Source: Octopus vulgaris (Eukaryota). From it: 64,000 bases of DNA. Below are positions 1 through 14,689 of this stretch, piece after piece. The stretch spans positions 82,460,001 through 82,524,000 of the forward strand of contig OX597821.1 in the NCBI GenBank assembly GCA_951406725.2, read 5' to 3'. The notes below the pieces were generated by a model. That model was not told the origin of the DNA, did not search any database, and saw only the letters and a list, made by a program, of their open reading frames with translations. Within the stretch, counting starts at the first letter, position 1; every line of letters starts with the position of its first letter. The translations under genes and the position numbers were made by a program.

Positions 1-9
1 TGCATACAA

Positions 10-45
<36 letters not shown>

Positions 46-341
46 GTTATATATTTATATTCATATATTTGTGTGTGTGCGTGCGTGTGTGTGTGTGTGT
101 GTGTGTAGACAACTCGGCCTTTTGCCCAATTTCCATCTTCTTACTGCAGCTCTCCCTTGACACCACTTACTTTTCTCAATACCCAAATCCATTTCATTTA
201 TCATCCATCCTTCATCCATTAATAACTGCTCTATCCACCCACGCTTTCATTGATCATCACCGTCCCCACTGATCCACCAAAATTATCTCTCCCCTCCTCC
301 ATCACCACCATAAGTCTCTTAACCACCTCATGCACTACACC

Positions 342-375
<34 letters not shown>

Positions 376-739
376 CTACCTCACTTCTGCAAACTATCCA
401 ACATCATGTCACCTCTCACCCAGCCTTCTCCTGTCTACTTTATCCTTATTACCATTCTGCTGTTCTGCACTGTCAGTCATCTCCTTCTCACTCTCCCCAT
501 AGCTTTCACCCAGCCAAACTCCTGGTCCCTCTGTACCACTCTCATTTCTGTCTACTTAGTAACCTGAAGGTCCACCCTGATGCCTCATCACTACACCCAA
601 CCATTCATGTCCTCTCTTTTGAAATGCAAATAGTATAGTCCCATAGCTCCTCTACAGCAAAAAAATTTGTTCTGCTCTTACCCTTCTCAAACATTTTTAC
701 CACCTATCTCCCAGCTGAAAGGTGCACCCGCAGGATTTC

Positions 740-968
740 TAGTCTTGCAAGCTGCATGGTGACCCCATTAGTGCCGGTGGAATGAAACAAAGCACCTAGT
801 ACATGTCACAATATGGTTGACATTCGGAAGGGCATCCAGCTGTACAGACCATGTGCAAAGGAGACTCAGTAGCACATTGAAGTACTTGGCCCATTGGATC
901 TTTTCAAACTGTCCAGTCTTGTCAGCATGGAACAGTTGTTAAATGATGGTGATGATAGTAATGGTGAC
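740..968 (+). mobile_element. RTE-clade LINE 3' UTR fragment (old, diverged)
   Basis: Contains the GGAAGGGCATCCAGCTGTA motif and degenerate (GAT)n tail shared with the RT-bearing RTE copy at 44686-48022. Confidence 0.75.
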
Positions 969-1211
969 ACACACATACACACACACACACACACACATAT
1001 ATATACACATGCACAAACACAAAAACTTACACATATACATATACACACATATATTTCCTTATACATGAATATATATATATAGATACAAACACACACATAC
1101 ATAATATGTATAAATAAGCATATGCATGTGCATATACATACATACATACATATATATATATATACACACATACAAACGTTCATAAACACACACACACATA
1201 TACAGATATGA

Positions 1212-1281
<70 letters not shown>

Positions 1282-1330
1282 GTGTGTGTATGTATGTATG
1301 TATGTATGTATGTATGTATATGCGTGGGTG
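968..1330. repeat. Compound (CA)n/(TA)n/(TATG)n microsatellite
   Basis: Directly visible tandem di- and tetranucleotide repeats. Confidence 0.95.
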
Positions 1331-1721
1331 GGTGTGAACATGTTTGAGAGGCTGTATATGTTACATATAACTAACATGTGACAGCACGTACAAATAACAA
1401 TTGACTGATGTAATTAAAAATGTGTGTGTCTGGTGTTGTTGTAGATGTTATCACCAATAACTTCTTGGTGGTGGTGGTGGTGGTGTTGGTGGTGGCGATG
1501 GCAGTGAAGGCAGTACTGGTAGTATTGGTGATTGGTGTTGGTGGGATTATTGCTATATTGGACACACTCCCACATAAATATGCAGACTTTAAGAAATATC
1601 CATCTAAATAAATTATCAATTTATCTACTAGGTTAAGCAATCATTTCTGACAAATATTTCTCCTTCACTCTCTCCCTCTGTATCTCTCTCTGTCTTTGCA
1701 TGGATGTATACAATTCTGTTT

Positions 1722-1756
1722 GCATATATATATATATACATGTACTTATCTATCTT

Positions 1757-1830
<74 letters not shown>

Positions 1831-1904
1831 TGTGTGTGTCTGTGTCTGTGTGTGTGTGTGTGTATATATGTATCTGTATATTTATATATATATATATATA
1901 TATA
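1722..1904. repeat. (TA)n/(TG)n microsatellite
   Basis: Directly visible. Confidence 0.95.
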
Positions 1905-1994
1905 TTCCCTGCTTCCATTTCCTGAGCGCCTATTAATAATAATACTGTAATTGTTCCATTGTTGTTGTTTTTTTGTTTCCGTTTGGATTAAAAT

Positions 1995-2028
<34 letters not shown>

Positions 2029-2649
2029 TATATATATATATGTTTTCATCATCATTTAACATCCGTTTTCTATACTGGCATGGGTAGGTTGGCTGGTTTG
2101 GCTATGTACATATGCACATATGTCTGTATCTATATATAAGTATATATATATGTAATTATGTACATGTATGTATATGTATGTATTCTTTAATTATTTGATT
2201 TGTTTCAGCCCTAAGGCTGTGGCCATGCTGAGGCACCACCTGTTAATGCATATACATATGTATATATGTATGTTAGTATATTTTGCATGTGTGTGTGATT
2301 ATTTTGCATATGTGTTTTCATATACATGATTATACACCACACAGCCACACACATACACACATTTACAAAGATGCATACTTTACTCATGTTAGTAATCAGA
2401 CCACAACCACACTGGGGCACCACCTTGAAGCGTTTTAGTCAAACAAATCGCCCTTAGTACTGATATCTTTCATTTTAAAGTCTGGTAATTATTCCATCAG
2501 TTTCCTTTACCAAACTGCTAAATTACAAAGTCATAAACAAACTGACGCCGGTTGTCCAGCAGTGAGGGAACAGACACAAATAGAAAGACACACGCACACA
2601 TGCACACACACACACACACGTCCATACACACACATTCATACACACATTC

Positions 2650-2686
<37 letters not shown>

Positions 2687-2932
2687 CACTACACATACAA
2701 ATGTACACACATATATCTATATGCATATACATACACATGGAGCCTGTCGGTATATATTTATAGATGGGTAACTATATATATATATATATACACACACATC
2801 ACATGTGTTTGAGCACATGAAGGCATGTATGTATATGCAGTTGTGGATGAGTGCATACATATATGTGGACTAGTAGATTGGATATATACATACATACATA
2901 CGTACATACATACATACATACATACATACATG

Positions 2933-2971
<39 letters not shown>

Positions 2972-3436
2972 ATATATATACATATATATATATGAATGAA
3001 TGTATATTTGACTTTGTACGTCTTTCATGCTTTTGTGTCCTGTGTCCGTGTATGTGTGGATGATAAGATAAAATGGATTTATGTATGAACATATGCTTGA
3101 CAGCATTATATATCTCTCCAATGTGTGTGTCTGTGTCTGTGTGTTGTTTGTTTAAAATACATACATAAATATATATACACATACATACATGCACACATAT
3201 ATACATATGTATATAAAGATATATATATATGTGTGTATGTGCATGTGTATATACAGACACACACATATATGTATATATATATATGTGTGTGCATGTATCT
3301 ATATATACAATTATATATACATATGTATATATGTAAGTATAAAGTATATATGTATATATATATATGCACAACTGGCCATGCACACATATATACGTGTTTG
3401 TAACAGATGGATGACTGTACATATATGTATCCACAA

Positions 3437-3476
<40 letters not shown>

Positions 3477-3949
3477 ATGTCTGTGCACATGTGTGTGAAT
3501 ACATATATGTATATGTAGGATGGATATCTGAAAAAATGAATGGATGAATGGATGACTTTAGGTATACAGCTTTCATGTAATGTTTGAGGGTGTACGTGTG
3601 GATGTAGATATATTCGAAGGATGTATATATACACGAACATATGTATGACAGCGTGTACCTACAATTCATATGTTTGTGACAAAGTGTGAGTGCATGTGTG
3701 TCTGTGTTTGTGTGTCTGTGTTTGTGTCTGCGTATTGTTTGTTACATTTTTTTTATAATCGATCTCTGATGATTGGAAAACACAATACACATGAAAGGCA
3801 ATTTCTTTCATGTGATCAGATAAATGTGACTGGCTACTTAGATCTGATGATCATGTCTTCTTCAAAGTAACTCTTGAAGACAGGTGGAGGTGAGCGTATG
3901 TGTGCATGTGTGTGTGTATACACCACACACAGTCTGTGTGTATTTATAA

Positions 3950-3977
3950 ATACACACACATACATATATATATATAT

Positions 3978-4054
<77 letters not shown>

Positions 4055-4080
4055 CATACAATATATATATATATATATAT

Positions 4081-4121
<41 letters not shown>

Positions 4122-4200
4122 CATATATATATACATATATATACATACATACATATATATATACATATATATATACATGCATACATGTGTGTGTGTGTAT
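3950..4200. repeat. (TA)n/(TACA)n microsatellite
   Basis: Directly visible. Confidence 0.95.
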
Positions 4201-4743
4201 ACAATACAAAACTGAGTATATATATGAGATAAAGTATAGCTACTGAGTGTATGAAAGTACACAGGTGTGTACATCTAAAATTGTAGGTGTTCACACAGAG
4301 GTGAAACATGCCACGTGACTTGGGTTCATTTGAAGGTCTACATAATACAACGAAGTGAATGTGACTCGACAGAAGTTCTTATACACCTCCACCGTGAGGG
4401 AGGGCATCGTCTTGAGATGAAGACCAACACGGGAATGTGACAGCAAACTTGTATGAATAATGAGTAGAAAATATACACACATCAAACACATGTCTACATA
4501 AGTATATTGACATACATACATATGTGCATGTATATTATGTGTGTGTGTGTGTGTATAATTGTATGTATGTATGCATGTATGTATGTATCATATATTGACT
4601 CTTACAAAATTACTTTTGTTGATTCAATTCTATGCTTTAATAAAACATGTTTATGTTAAGTTTTCATACTTTACTGAAAGTAGCACTACTATGTTCTGGA
4701 ACAGGTAACTTTAGAATTTATTTGTGTATATATATATACATAT

Positions 4744-4786
<43 letters not shown>

Positions 4787-4815
4787 TACGTATATTATAT
4801 ATATAATGTGTATAC

Positions 4816-4866
<51 letters not shown>

Positions 4867-4874
4867 TATATACA

Positions 4875-4961
<87 letters not shown>

Positions 4962-5381
4962 CTTTATTGATTAAAAATCAATATATTCAAAGAAATGGGA
5001 TTGGAGTAAAGTATATAGGATTTCATGTTTAACGTAAATTTTATAAAAATGAAAACAGAAAGAAAGAAATGAATGAAGCATAATAGAGAACCAAGTTTCA
5101 TAAACTTCATTAAAAAGTATGAAATTAATTCCTCATGACATGACAGGGTCTGACTCTACTTTTTTTTTATTCCATGAAGTTTGAGAAGACAGTACAATAT
5201 TGTGTGATATTTGTTTGAATTTCCTTATTTTTTTGTTGATGTTTTATGTTATGTAGTTGGGAAGAAGTGACAAAGATTATAATCAAATCAATAAAAAAAA
5301 TTGATGCTAATGGGAAGTGACAAAGGATGAAGGTAAAAGAAGGAAAAAAGTATAAAAGAAGAAGCATAAAAGTATACTAAC

Positions 5382-5636
5382 CTGTAGCGTTGTGTTGTTT
5401 CTAAGACGTGACAGAGCCTTAGTTAACCAGTGGAAAATATCCCTCCATGGGTAAGTAAACGACAAACATCTAAACTGAAAACATGCCATGCCTGGTAGAA
5501 GAAGAGTGGACCACACTTCAGCATGGAGATAACTAAAATAGGGATATGCAAGTTTGTAGAGTGTGGGAAGATATGTGGGCCAGTGTGAAATTGTATAGAT
5601 GACCAGTGGTAAATGCCTAGATCCAGTTGTGTCCAT
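5382..5636 (-). CDS. Candidate first coding exon of an unidentified host gene (85 codons, MDTTGSRHLP...RNNTTLQ)
   Basis: Non-repetitive sequence; ATG at 5636 with an in-frame stop upstream; frame stays open to a consensus-like donor CAG|GTTAGT at 5382/5381 (phase 0). No recognisable domain. Confidence 0.3.
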
Positions 5637-7109
5637 GAGGAGCACCAGATTGCTGCTGAGGTTCAGCTGTCAGTGAACTGTTATCATAGATGGTGCTAAT
5701 ATAACTTGACATCTGACCCTAACATACTATTTTTGACAAGATGAAATGCTGCCACCAGAAGAAATGTGCGTCTAGTGCATCTGTCTATAGTACCCAAGTG
5801 GGTAACAGCATGATAACTCCCAGTGGAAAGTGAAAATGAAAGTAGAGGAAGTGTGACTGCATATTTTATTTACTTGTTAGATGTATTTCGTTTCACTCAC
5901 GAAGAGACTTGTTGGTTTCCTTATCAAATTCATAGTCAACACTATAGAGAGGTGACACTAGAACAATGAGGCTAAGGAAAATTTTTTGACATTCCATCAG
6001 ATATGATTTATGATTGATGCTGGTTTTTAAATGAAACAAAACAAAAGAGAGACAAGCTGACAGATAGGCAAAAAGAAAATAAGAGAGAGAAGAGAAGGAG
6101 AACGAAATAAAGAGAGAGAAAGGAAGGAAAAAAGCTGTCTGCTGCTTTCAAAGTGTAACTTGCCACGATCTTCTTCCTGTAGTAGCAGACAGCCGGTTCC
6201 AGCAACAGCAGTAGTCTAAGGAATGGCAGACGGCAGTAAGAAGACATCCACTAAGGTAGAATGTTGCAGCTACTCCGTTAATGTTCTCACCTACACTACT
6301 ACTACACCCACTGCCTCATGCTTTACTGGTGGCATGCTATAATACACAATCAATAACTGAACGAAAAACAGTCATCAATGAATGAAGATTGTGTGCGAAT
6401 TCAGCTAACGCATTCATATAGAGATTCTCAATCACAGAACGAAACTGGCGCGACTTGCAGGATCCATACGTCAGCTATACACCAATCGGTCAGGTGTGGG
6501 AAAACAAACAGTGCAATTATTTCTGATTGCTGCTGGCTTCTATTCTTCTGTTCTTCAAGATTTGAATGCATTCTGGCGTATCTGTTACATCTATTACATG
6601 ATGTCTGTTACACTGCAGATTTCTGTATTACATGATGCATGTTACATCACTGCCACATGCATTGCAAAGCTGTTGCATCACAGTCGCATCCATTACGTGA
6701 TGCACGTTACATCACAGAGATATACATTATTTAACAGCTGATAAATTACAGTCACATGTACGTTCTGTGCAGTCAGTCACATCGCAACCACATGTATATT
6801 CCGTAATATCACTATTTACATGCACACTGTGTGATATCTCAATTACAAAACTGTCATATCTGTGTGAGTGTGTGTGCATACACACCCACATACACATGCA
6901 CATGTGTGATATCTCTATTACACCACAGTCACAAGAATATTGTATGGTACTTGTATAATCCCAGATACAGATAGTGTTTGCTATACCTCAGTCACAGATA
7001 TATTATATGATATCACCTTTATCCCACAGCTACAGGTATATTGTGTGATATCTCTGTAAAACTACAGTCACACTTATATAGTAAAATCTGTGTTATATGA
7101 GAGTTGTAA

Positions 7110-7452
<343 letters not shown>

Positions 7453-7455
7453 TCT

Positions 7456-7837
7456 CATCATCATCATCATCATCATCGTTTAACGTTCGCTTTCCATGCT
7501 AGCATGGGCTGGACGGTTCAACTGGGGTCTGGGGAGCTCGAAGGCTGCACCAGGCCAGTCAGATCTGGCAGTGTTTCTACAGCTGGATGCCCTTCCTAAC
7601 GCCAACCACTCTGAGAGTGTAGTGGGTGATTTTATGTGCCACCGACACAGGTGCCAGACGAGGCTGGCGAACGGCCATGCTCGGATGGTGTTTTTTATGT
7701 GCCACCGACACAGGTGCCAGACGAGGCTGGCGAACGGCCACGCTCGGATGGTGTTTTTTATGTGCCACCGACACAGGTGCCAGACGAGGCTGGCAGACGG
7801 CCACGCTCGGATGGTGTTTTTTATGTGCCACCGACAC
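7456..7837 (-). mobile_element. RTE LINE 3' end with a 63-bp tandem repeat (about 3.2 units)
   Basis: (CAT)n tail on +, shared 3' UTR motifs; ATGTGCC recurs at 7634, 7697, 7760 and 7823 (period 63). Confidence 0.85.
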
Positions 7838-7873
7838 ATATATATATGATTTTGATATATATATATATATATT

Positions 7874-9288
7874 CATCATCATCATCGTTTAATGTCCGTT
7901 TTCCTTGGCATGAGTTGGATGGTTTGACTGGAGACTGGCAAGCCAGGAGGCCGCACCAGGCTCCAATCTGATCTGGCAATGTTTCTACAGCTGGATGCCC
8001 TTCCAAACGCCAACCACTCCAAGAGAGTAGCGGGTGCTTGTTATGTTCCACGAGTGCAGGAGCCAGTCAGGCAGTATTGGCATCGGCCGCATTCAGATGG
8101 TGCTTTTTACGTGCTTATGTGCCACCAGCACAGTAGCCAGTTGGGGCGGGGTGGGGAGGAGCTGCCATCGACCACATTCAGCCGGTGCTTTTTACATGCC
8201 ACCGGCACAGGGAGCCAGTCAGGCAGCTCTGGCAGCAACCCATGCATGAATGAATGGTGCTTATCACATGCCACCAGAAGTGGTAATGGCCACAACTACA
8301 TTTTCCATTTGATTGTAGTTTGATTTGATTCTGATTTACTTGACTCAGTAGGTCTCCTCAAGCATGGAATGCCGCCTGATGATTGAATGGTACTTTTTAA
8401 ATGGTCTGGTTATGCAACACTGGTGTAGGCTATGCTGTGATCTTCCTTTCCTTGCCGAGTCCTCTCAATCACAGCGTATCTCCAGAGGTCTCGGTCTTTC
8501 GTTATTGCTTCTGTGAGGCCCAATGTTCAAAGATCATGCTTCACCACCTCATCCCAGGTCTTTCTGGGTCTCTCTCTTCCACATGTTCCCTCCACTGTTT
8601 GGGAATGACACTTCTTCACACAGCTCACCTCATCCATGCATAGTACATGACTATACCAGCGCAGTCGTCTCTCTTGCACACCACATCCGATGCTTTTGTC
8701 CAACATTTCTCTCAGGGTGCTTACACTCTGTTGTATGTGCACACTGACATTACACATCAAGCAGATCATACTAGCTTCATTTCTTTCGATCCTACGCATG
8801 TCTTCAGCAGTCATAGACCATGTTTCACTGCTGTGTAGCATGGCAGTTCACAAACATGCATCGTACAATCTACCTTTCACTCTGAGCGGGAGGCCCTTTG
8901 TTACCAGTAGAGGTAGAAGCTTTCTGAACTTTGCTCAGGCTATTCTTATTCTAGTGGCAATGCTTTCTGGGCATCCACCCCCACTACAGAATTGATCCTC
9001 TAGGTAGCCGAAGCTATCAATTACATCTAATTTCATTTCTTCCCCTGGCATGTGATGGAATCAGTTTTCTGAGCACCTGCAGTGTTTATTGCCTCTGTGC
9101 ATCTGCCACACACAAAAGCTATCTTCCCAGTTAACCTTCCTTTGATGTTGCTGCACCTCTTATGCATCCATAGCTTACACTAGGTACATCTTTTCTACAC
9201 TACCTACACCTTTACTACAGATCAAGCCGGGCCATCTACCTGAAGAGGTTTGTGATGTGTTCGCCATCCTATTTACTAAGACTTTGGT
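7874..9288 (-). mobile_element. 5'-truncated RTE LINE (degenerate RT C-terminus plus 3' UTR)
   Basis: ORF fragments MLHSSETW...RRLRWYSHV...RPRKTWDEVVKHDL homologous to the RT ORF at 45554-47209; frameshifts and stops. Confidence 0.9.
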
Positions 9289-9314
9289 ATATATATATAT
9301 ATATATATATATAT

Positions 9315-9476
9315 CTACACTCTCGGAGTGGTTGGCGTTAGGAAGGGCATCCAGCTGTAGAAACTCTGCCAAATCAAGATGGAGCCTGGTGCAACGATTT
9401 GGTTCGCCAGCCCTCAGTCAAAATCGTCCAACCCATGCTAGCATGGAAAGCGGATGTTAAACGATGATGATGATGA
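9315..9476 (+). mobile_element. RTE LINE extreme 3' end
   Basis: GGAAGGGCATCCAGCTGTAGAAAC motif followed by GTTAAAC(GAT)n tail. Confidence 0.85.
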
Positions 9477-9829
9477 TATATATATATCTTAAATATATAT
9501 ATATATCCTAAATATATACATAATTATCTTAAACGCAGTCTATGTTTACTTATGTTTGAAGTAGTAGACCAAAGTTCTGCTTCTGGGTAGTTGAAATTTT
9601 GCTTAGGAACTCATAATTCCAAAGAGAAGGTCATAATCTATGTGACATTATATGAAAATTTTTCTTTTTTATCCCTGACTGGGATATAGTACAACCTACA
9701 ACCAAGTGCTGCAATAAATATTGGAGAAAGTCACTGATTAGAAAAACAAGTCGTTAAAATTGTGCCAATTTGTACAATTAAAAAGTTTTCTCAGAAAATA
9801 AAATAAATAGTAAAATTATATTTAAAATT

Positions 9830-9830
9830 A

Positions 9831-9878
<48 letters not shown>

Positions 9879-10017
9879 TGCATACATGCATATATATATA
9901 TATATATACATACGTGTATATATACATAAATTTACATGCATACATACATACATACATACATACACATATACATACATCATACATATATACATACATGCAT
10001 ATATACATGCATGCATA

Positions 10018-10048
<31 letters not shown>

Positions 10049-10118
10049 CATACATACATACATACATACATACATACATACATACATACATACATACATG
10101 CATACATGCATACATACA
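9830..10118. repeat. (TA)n/(ACAT)n microsatellite
   Basis: Directly visible. Confidence 0.95.
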
Positions 10119-10315
10119 TCTATATATTTATGAAAGCCAACTTGAATCATTTTCTGATTTACTTGGATAGAACAATTCTGAAGATTGTCATCATTTTTTA
10201 AAGCAATTTATCAAAAATATAGTGATCATAATTATTTATTTATTTTATGTGTTGATAAATGTAGACAAGTCTGGATATCGCTGCTAGTCTATAAATATGT
10301 GTGTGTGTGTGAGTA

Positions 10316-10388
<73 letters not shown>

Positions 10389-11152
10389 GTGTGTGTGTGT
10401 ATATATATATATGTATGTATACACATATATACAAACATAGATATACATACACATATATATGTATATATGTGTATATATATGTGTGTGTATTTACACACAC
10501 ACATGTATATGTATACATACATATATGTATGTATGTATGTATGTATGTATAGTGTCTTATGTGCCTTGGTTAAATAAATCAATAGTTACATGCTTCATGA
10601 ACCTAAAATTTAATTAAATATTTTCTAATCAGGTGACCCTAATTTGTCACTACATTACACATACACACACATGCACACACAGATATACACACACACACAC
10701 AGAGGGGGAGAGAGGTACATACATCTAGATACATACATATACATACATACACACACATACATCCCTTTATTAATCCAAACTACTATTTCTCTCTCTGTGT
10801 CTTTCTGTTTATCATTCTACCCACCTTTCTATTCAGTTTATCTATAATTTTATCGTGTATATAATTTATGTGTGTGAGAGAGCAGTAGAGAGACAGAGAA
10901 ACAGAGTTAAACAGGGATTACATTTCCAAACCACAGTTTTGTTTGGCTGGCTGGTCAGTCGGTTGGTTGTTTATATGTGGCTGCAAATTTTGAAAATAAT
11001 GGCTCTTAGAGATGTGGGGACAATCAGTTGAGAACTTACTGATTCATAGTCTGCTGGCAGAACTGCATTATATATGAGTCCAAAGTACTTCCTGGTTGAC
11101 AGTAGGCATCTCATAGTAGAAATGGACAAGTTACTATTGTGAGTAGCAGTTG

Positions 11153-11592
11153 TCATCATCATCATCATCATCATCATCATCGTTTAATGTCCGCTTCCCA
11201 TGCTAGCATGGGTTGGACGGTTCAACTGGGGTCTGGGAAGCCAGGAGGCTGCACCAGGCTCCAGTCTGATCTGGCAGTGTTTCTACAGCTGGATGCCCTT
11301 CCTAACGCCGACCACTCCAAGAGTGTAGTGGGTGCTTTTTATGTGCCACCGACACAGGTGCCAGACGAGGCTGGCGAACAGCCACGCTCAGATGGTGTTT
11401 TTTATGTGCCACCGACACAGGTGCCAGGCAAGGCTGGCACGGCCACGATCGGATGGTGTTTGTTATGTGCCCACAGCACGGAGGCCAGTCGATGTGGTAC
11501 TGGCTACGGCCACATTCGGATGGTTTTCTTATGTGCCACCGGCACTGGTACCACAAAAATACAAATTCCATTGATGTTCATCGATTTTGATT
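11153..11592 (-). mobile_element. RTE LINE 3' UTR
   Basis: (CAT)n tail and four repeated GGTG-T-rich-GTGCCACC units as in other copies. Confidence 0.85.
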
Positions 11593-11904
11593 TGAGCGCT
11601 GTAAAATCGCCAAGTAATTCATAAGCTTACAGTTCTGAGTCTAACTTTTGCTGTTGCTCCAGCTTGGGGGGAGAAATAGACTAAACCAGGATGATTTACC
11701 TAAGATATACTTCATGAAGATTCAATGATATTCCAAAGATCAAATGGACCCCTACATCCCTTATGTATGGGTGTAGTATGTGGGTGTGACTGTAGTTAAG
11801 AAGTTTGCTTCCCATCCAAGGGGTTTCAGATTCAGTCCCTCTGCACTGAGGAAAAGTGTCTTCTCCTATAACTCCAGGTCAATAAAAGCCTTGTGATGGA
11901 TTTC

Positions 11905-12660
11905 TGTATGAACTGCAATACTGCATTGTAGTGAAATGAGGAGCTCTGAATGCAGAGGACATGTGAAGGCTGGAGAGGAATGAAGCTGGTATGTTATGCT
12001 GGATGAGCAATCTCAGTGTGCATGTGTGACAGTATTGGTGTATTGATAATTTGAGCAGATGCAGAATTATATACACACATACATATAAGGAGGCTGCACT
12101 GATTTGGTTATGTGATGTGGATTGATGAGAACAGTTGCATAAAGAAGCGCTAATCACTTAAAGTGAAAGGAAGTTGTGGAAGAGGGAGACCCAGGAAGAC
12201 ATGGGATGAAGTTTTGAAGACCAATCTCAAAAGACTGAACATTACGAAGGAGATGACAAACAACCAAGATATGTGGTGCATTGCTGTACTTGAGAAGACC
12301 TGCCCAGCACAACCGAATTGAGATCCTAAAACCCAGGTACCATGTAAAAGAGTTGGTGTGAGTGCTGGTGCCTTGTAAAAATCACTGGTGCTGGTGTCAC
12401 TTAAAAAGCACCTGTGATGGTGCCACATAAAAAGCACCCAGTACACTCTGTGGAATGGCTGGCATTAGGAAGGACATCCAGCCATAGAAACCAAACCAAA
12501 ACAGACTAAGGAACCTGGCATAGCCCCTAGCCTTTACAGTCCCGTCCGATCCAGGCCAGCATGTAAATGAGGATGATGATGATGGTGGTGGTGGTGATGA
12601 TGAGGATGATGATGATGATGATGATGATGACGATGATGACGACAACGATGATGATGATGA
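11905..12660 (+). mobile_element. Old RTE LINE 3' portion (RT C-terminal relic, 3' UTR, long (GAT)n tail)
   Basis: Degenerate GRGRPRKTWDEV-coding segment near 12177-12213, 3' UTR motifs, (GAT)n to 12660. Confidence 0.8.
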
Positions 12661-12679
12661 AACTAAAAGGAACCTATCA

Positions 12680-13505
12680 CAGCTCTTTCCTGCAATCAGA
12701 CCTGGACACAATGCAGCAATGGATCACAGACTGGCAACTGAAACTGGCTGTGGACAAGTGTACCACCATGCATTATGGGAGAAAAAACCCTGCGTCCACA
12801 TACTCCCTCCACAACACTGATATCAAGAAATCCTCTTGCGAGCGTGACCTAGGCATCACTGTCAGCAGTGATTTGCGTTGGACAAAGCATATCTCTAAAA
12901 TTGTCAAGAAGGCCGAGGGTGTCTTGGCATCACTCAGCAAGACTTTTGTTAGCCGCTCTCCAGCCATCTATTTAAAACTGTATACAGCTATGGTACGACC
13001 ACACTTCGCATCATCAGTTTGGAACCCCTATCTTGCTCAGAACATTGACCTCCTGGAATCTGTTCAGAGACGTGCAACCAAACGCATACCCTCCATCAGA
13101 CACCTACCATACTCTGAGCGCCTTGTTTCCCTGGGCATGGATTCACTGAAGCTCCAGCGTCTGGCGATGGACTTGGTAAACACCCACAAAGTTATCAACC
13201 ACCTCACCAACAACAACACTGAACACCTTTTTGATCTCCATGTGTCCAACACATGTGGACATGTCTACAAAGTCAGAAAACAAAACAGCTCCCATGACTT
13301 TCGGAAACATTTTTTCACGCTCAGAGTTGCTGAAGCATGGAACAAACTGCCTGCATCAGTTGTTGACTGCCATGACACTGCATCCTTTAAGGCCCTCATG
13401 CTTTCCGAAATCCGCTGAAACTACACCTGATTATACATACCCTTTAGTTGAGTTGTAGTGCACCTGAGCACTGTACACAATGTTTTATTATTATTGTTAT
13501 TATTA
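12680..13505 (+). mobile_element. CR1-clade LINE 3' end (RT C-terminal region), 5'-truncated
   Basis: Open frame LQSDLD...ERDLGI...YTAMVRPH..SVWNPY...LESVQRRATKRIP...RKHFF..RV...WNKLP is typical of the CR1-clade ORF2 C-terminus; short 3' UTR and (ATT)n tail. Confidence 0.9.
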
Positions 13506-14063
13506 TATATGTATATATATGTGGATGTATATAAGAAGTGGGGGGAATAATAGTATCGTTGTCTTGATATTTGAGCAATGATTGTGAATGGTTGTCACTA
13601 TCATAGAAGTAATGTTATTCATTCCCAAACTTCCATGAAAACATGTCTAGTCATGGGAAAATATTAGCTTGTTTGGATATTCAAAGGAAGACCAATGTTA
13701 GGAAGAGCATCTGGTTGCAGAACATGTGTCTCAATAAAATTCTATCCAACCCATGAAAGCATAGAACAGAAGCTGTTAAAAGGATAATGATGCATGTATG
13801 TATTGCTAACAGAACACAAATTACTTCTCAACTAATTATTTACACCTTTCAAAGAACCATTACTTTCAAATTTATTGTTACCTACAGTGAGCAGCCAGTT
13901 ACCAAGAAACATGGCTCCAGCATTTAAGTTGATAAGCTTCAGAAAAAAATCTTGTGTATTTCCACATACAAAGGGAATTTGCAGAATATGTATTTGATGG
14001 TTTCTATCTTTACCCAATCTTTTCAAAACTATTATTCAAAAACTTAGTAATATAAACAAGTGA

Positions 14064-14375
14064 AGGCACATGGCTCAGTGGTTAGAGTATTGGGCTCATG
14101 ATCATGAGGTAGCGAGTTCGATTCCCAGACCAGGCTGTGTGTTGTGTTCTTGAGCAAGGCACTTTATCTTACACTGTTCCAGTTCACTTAGCTGTAGAAA
14201 TGAGTAGTGATGTCACTGGTGCCTTTTCCTTGGATAATACTGGTGGCATGGAGAAGGGAGGCTGGTATGCATGGGTGACTGCTGGTCTTCCATAAACAAC
14301 CTTTCTCAGAGGTGAACTTTCTAGGAGCAATCCCACAGTCATTTATGACTGATGGAGTTCTTTACCTTTACCTTT
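14064..14375 (+). mobile_element. tRNA-derived SINE (family C in this window)
   Basis: A-box TGGCTCAGTGG and B-box GAGTTCGATTC; related copies near 36215-36515 (-), 52033-52135 (+), 53140-53450 (+) and 27650-27835 (-). Confidence 0.8.
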
Positions 14376-14689
14376 GATATAAACAGACTTTCCTATGGAT
14401 GGTATCATATATATAGTAACAATGTAATAGATAACAATATAGGAAGATAATACTTTGATGACACTTTTGGACAAATGCCAATGACAAAGGTAATACCTTC
14501 TACAGGTATGTAATGCAGTCAACATAATAGTCGCATCTTATACTCTCAAGTGCTTCAATGTCCTTTGTGCTTAACAAGTATTTTCTAGTTATCTCTTGCT
14601 CTTCAACTGAAAATGTGTATCCTTCAAAATGTGACATGTAGCAATCTCATGTCCAAGACAGATAGAGAATATATTCCATGTAAATATTA

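Noticed and set aside
7631-7837. CRISPR-like repeat-spacer appearance of the RTE 3' UTR arrays
   Set aside because: Spacers are identical or homologous to each other, the arrays lie inside a LINE 3' UTR in animal DNA, and no cas genes are present.
12567-12680. Met-rich N-terminus of the 283-aa ORF as a fusion protein
   Set aside because: It is the (GAT)n tail of an RTE copy read in frame into a 5'-truncated CR1 fragment.
14064-14140. tRNA-like sequences at SINE heads (also 52033-52105 and 53140-53185)
   Set aside because: A/B boxes are present but there is no complete cloverleaf, and they continue into SINE bodies.
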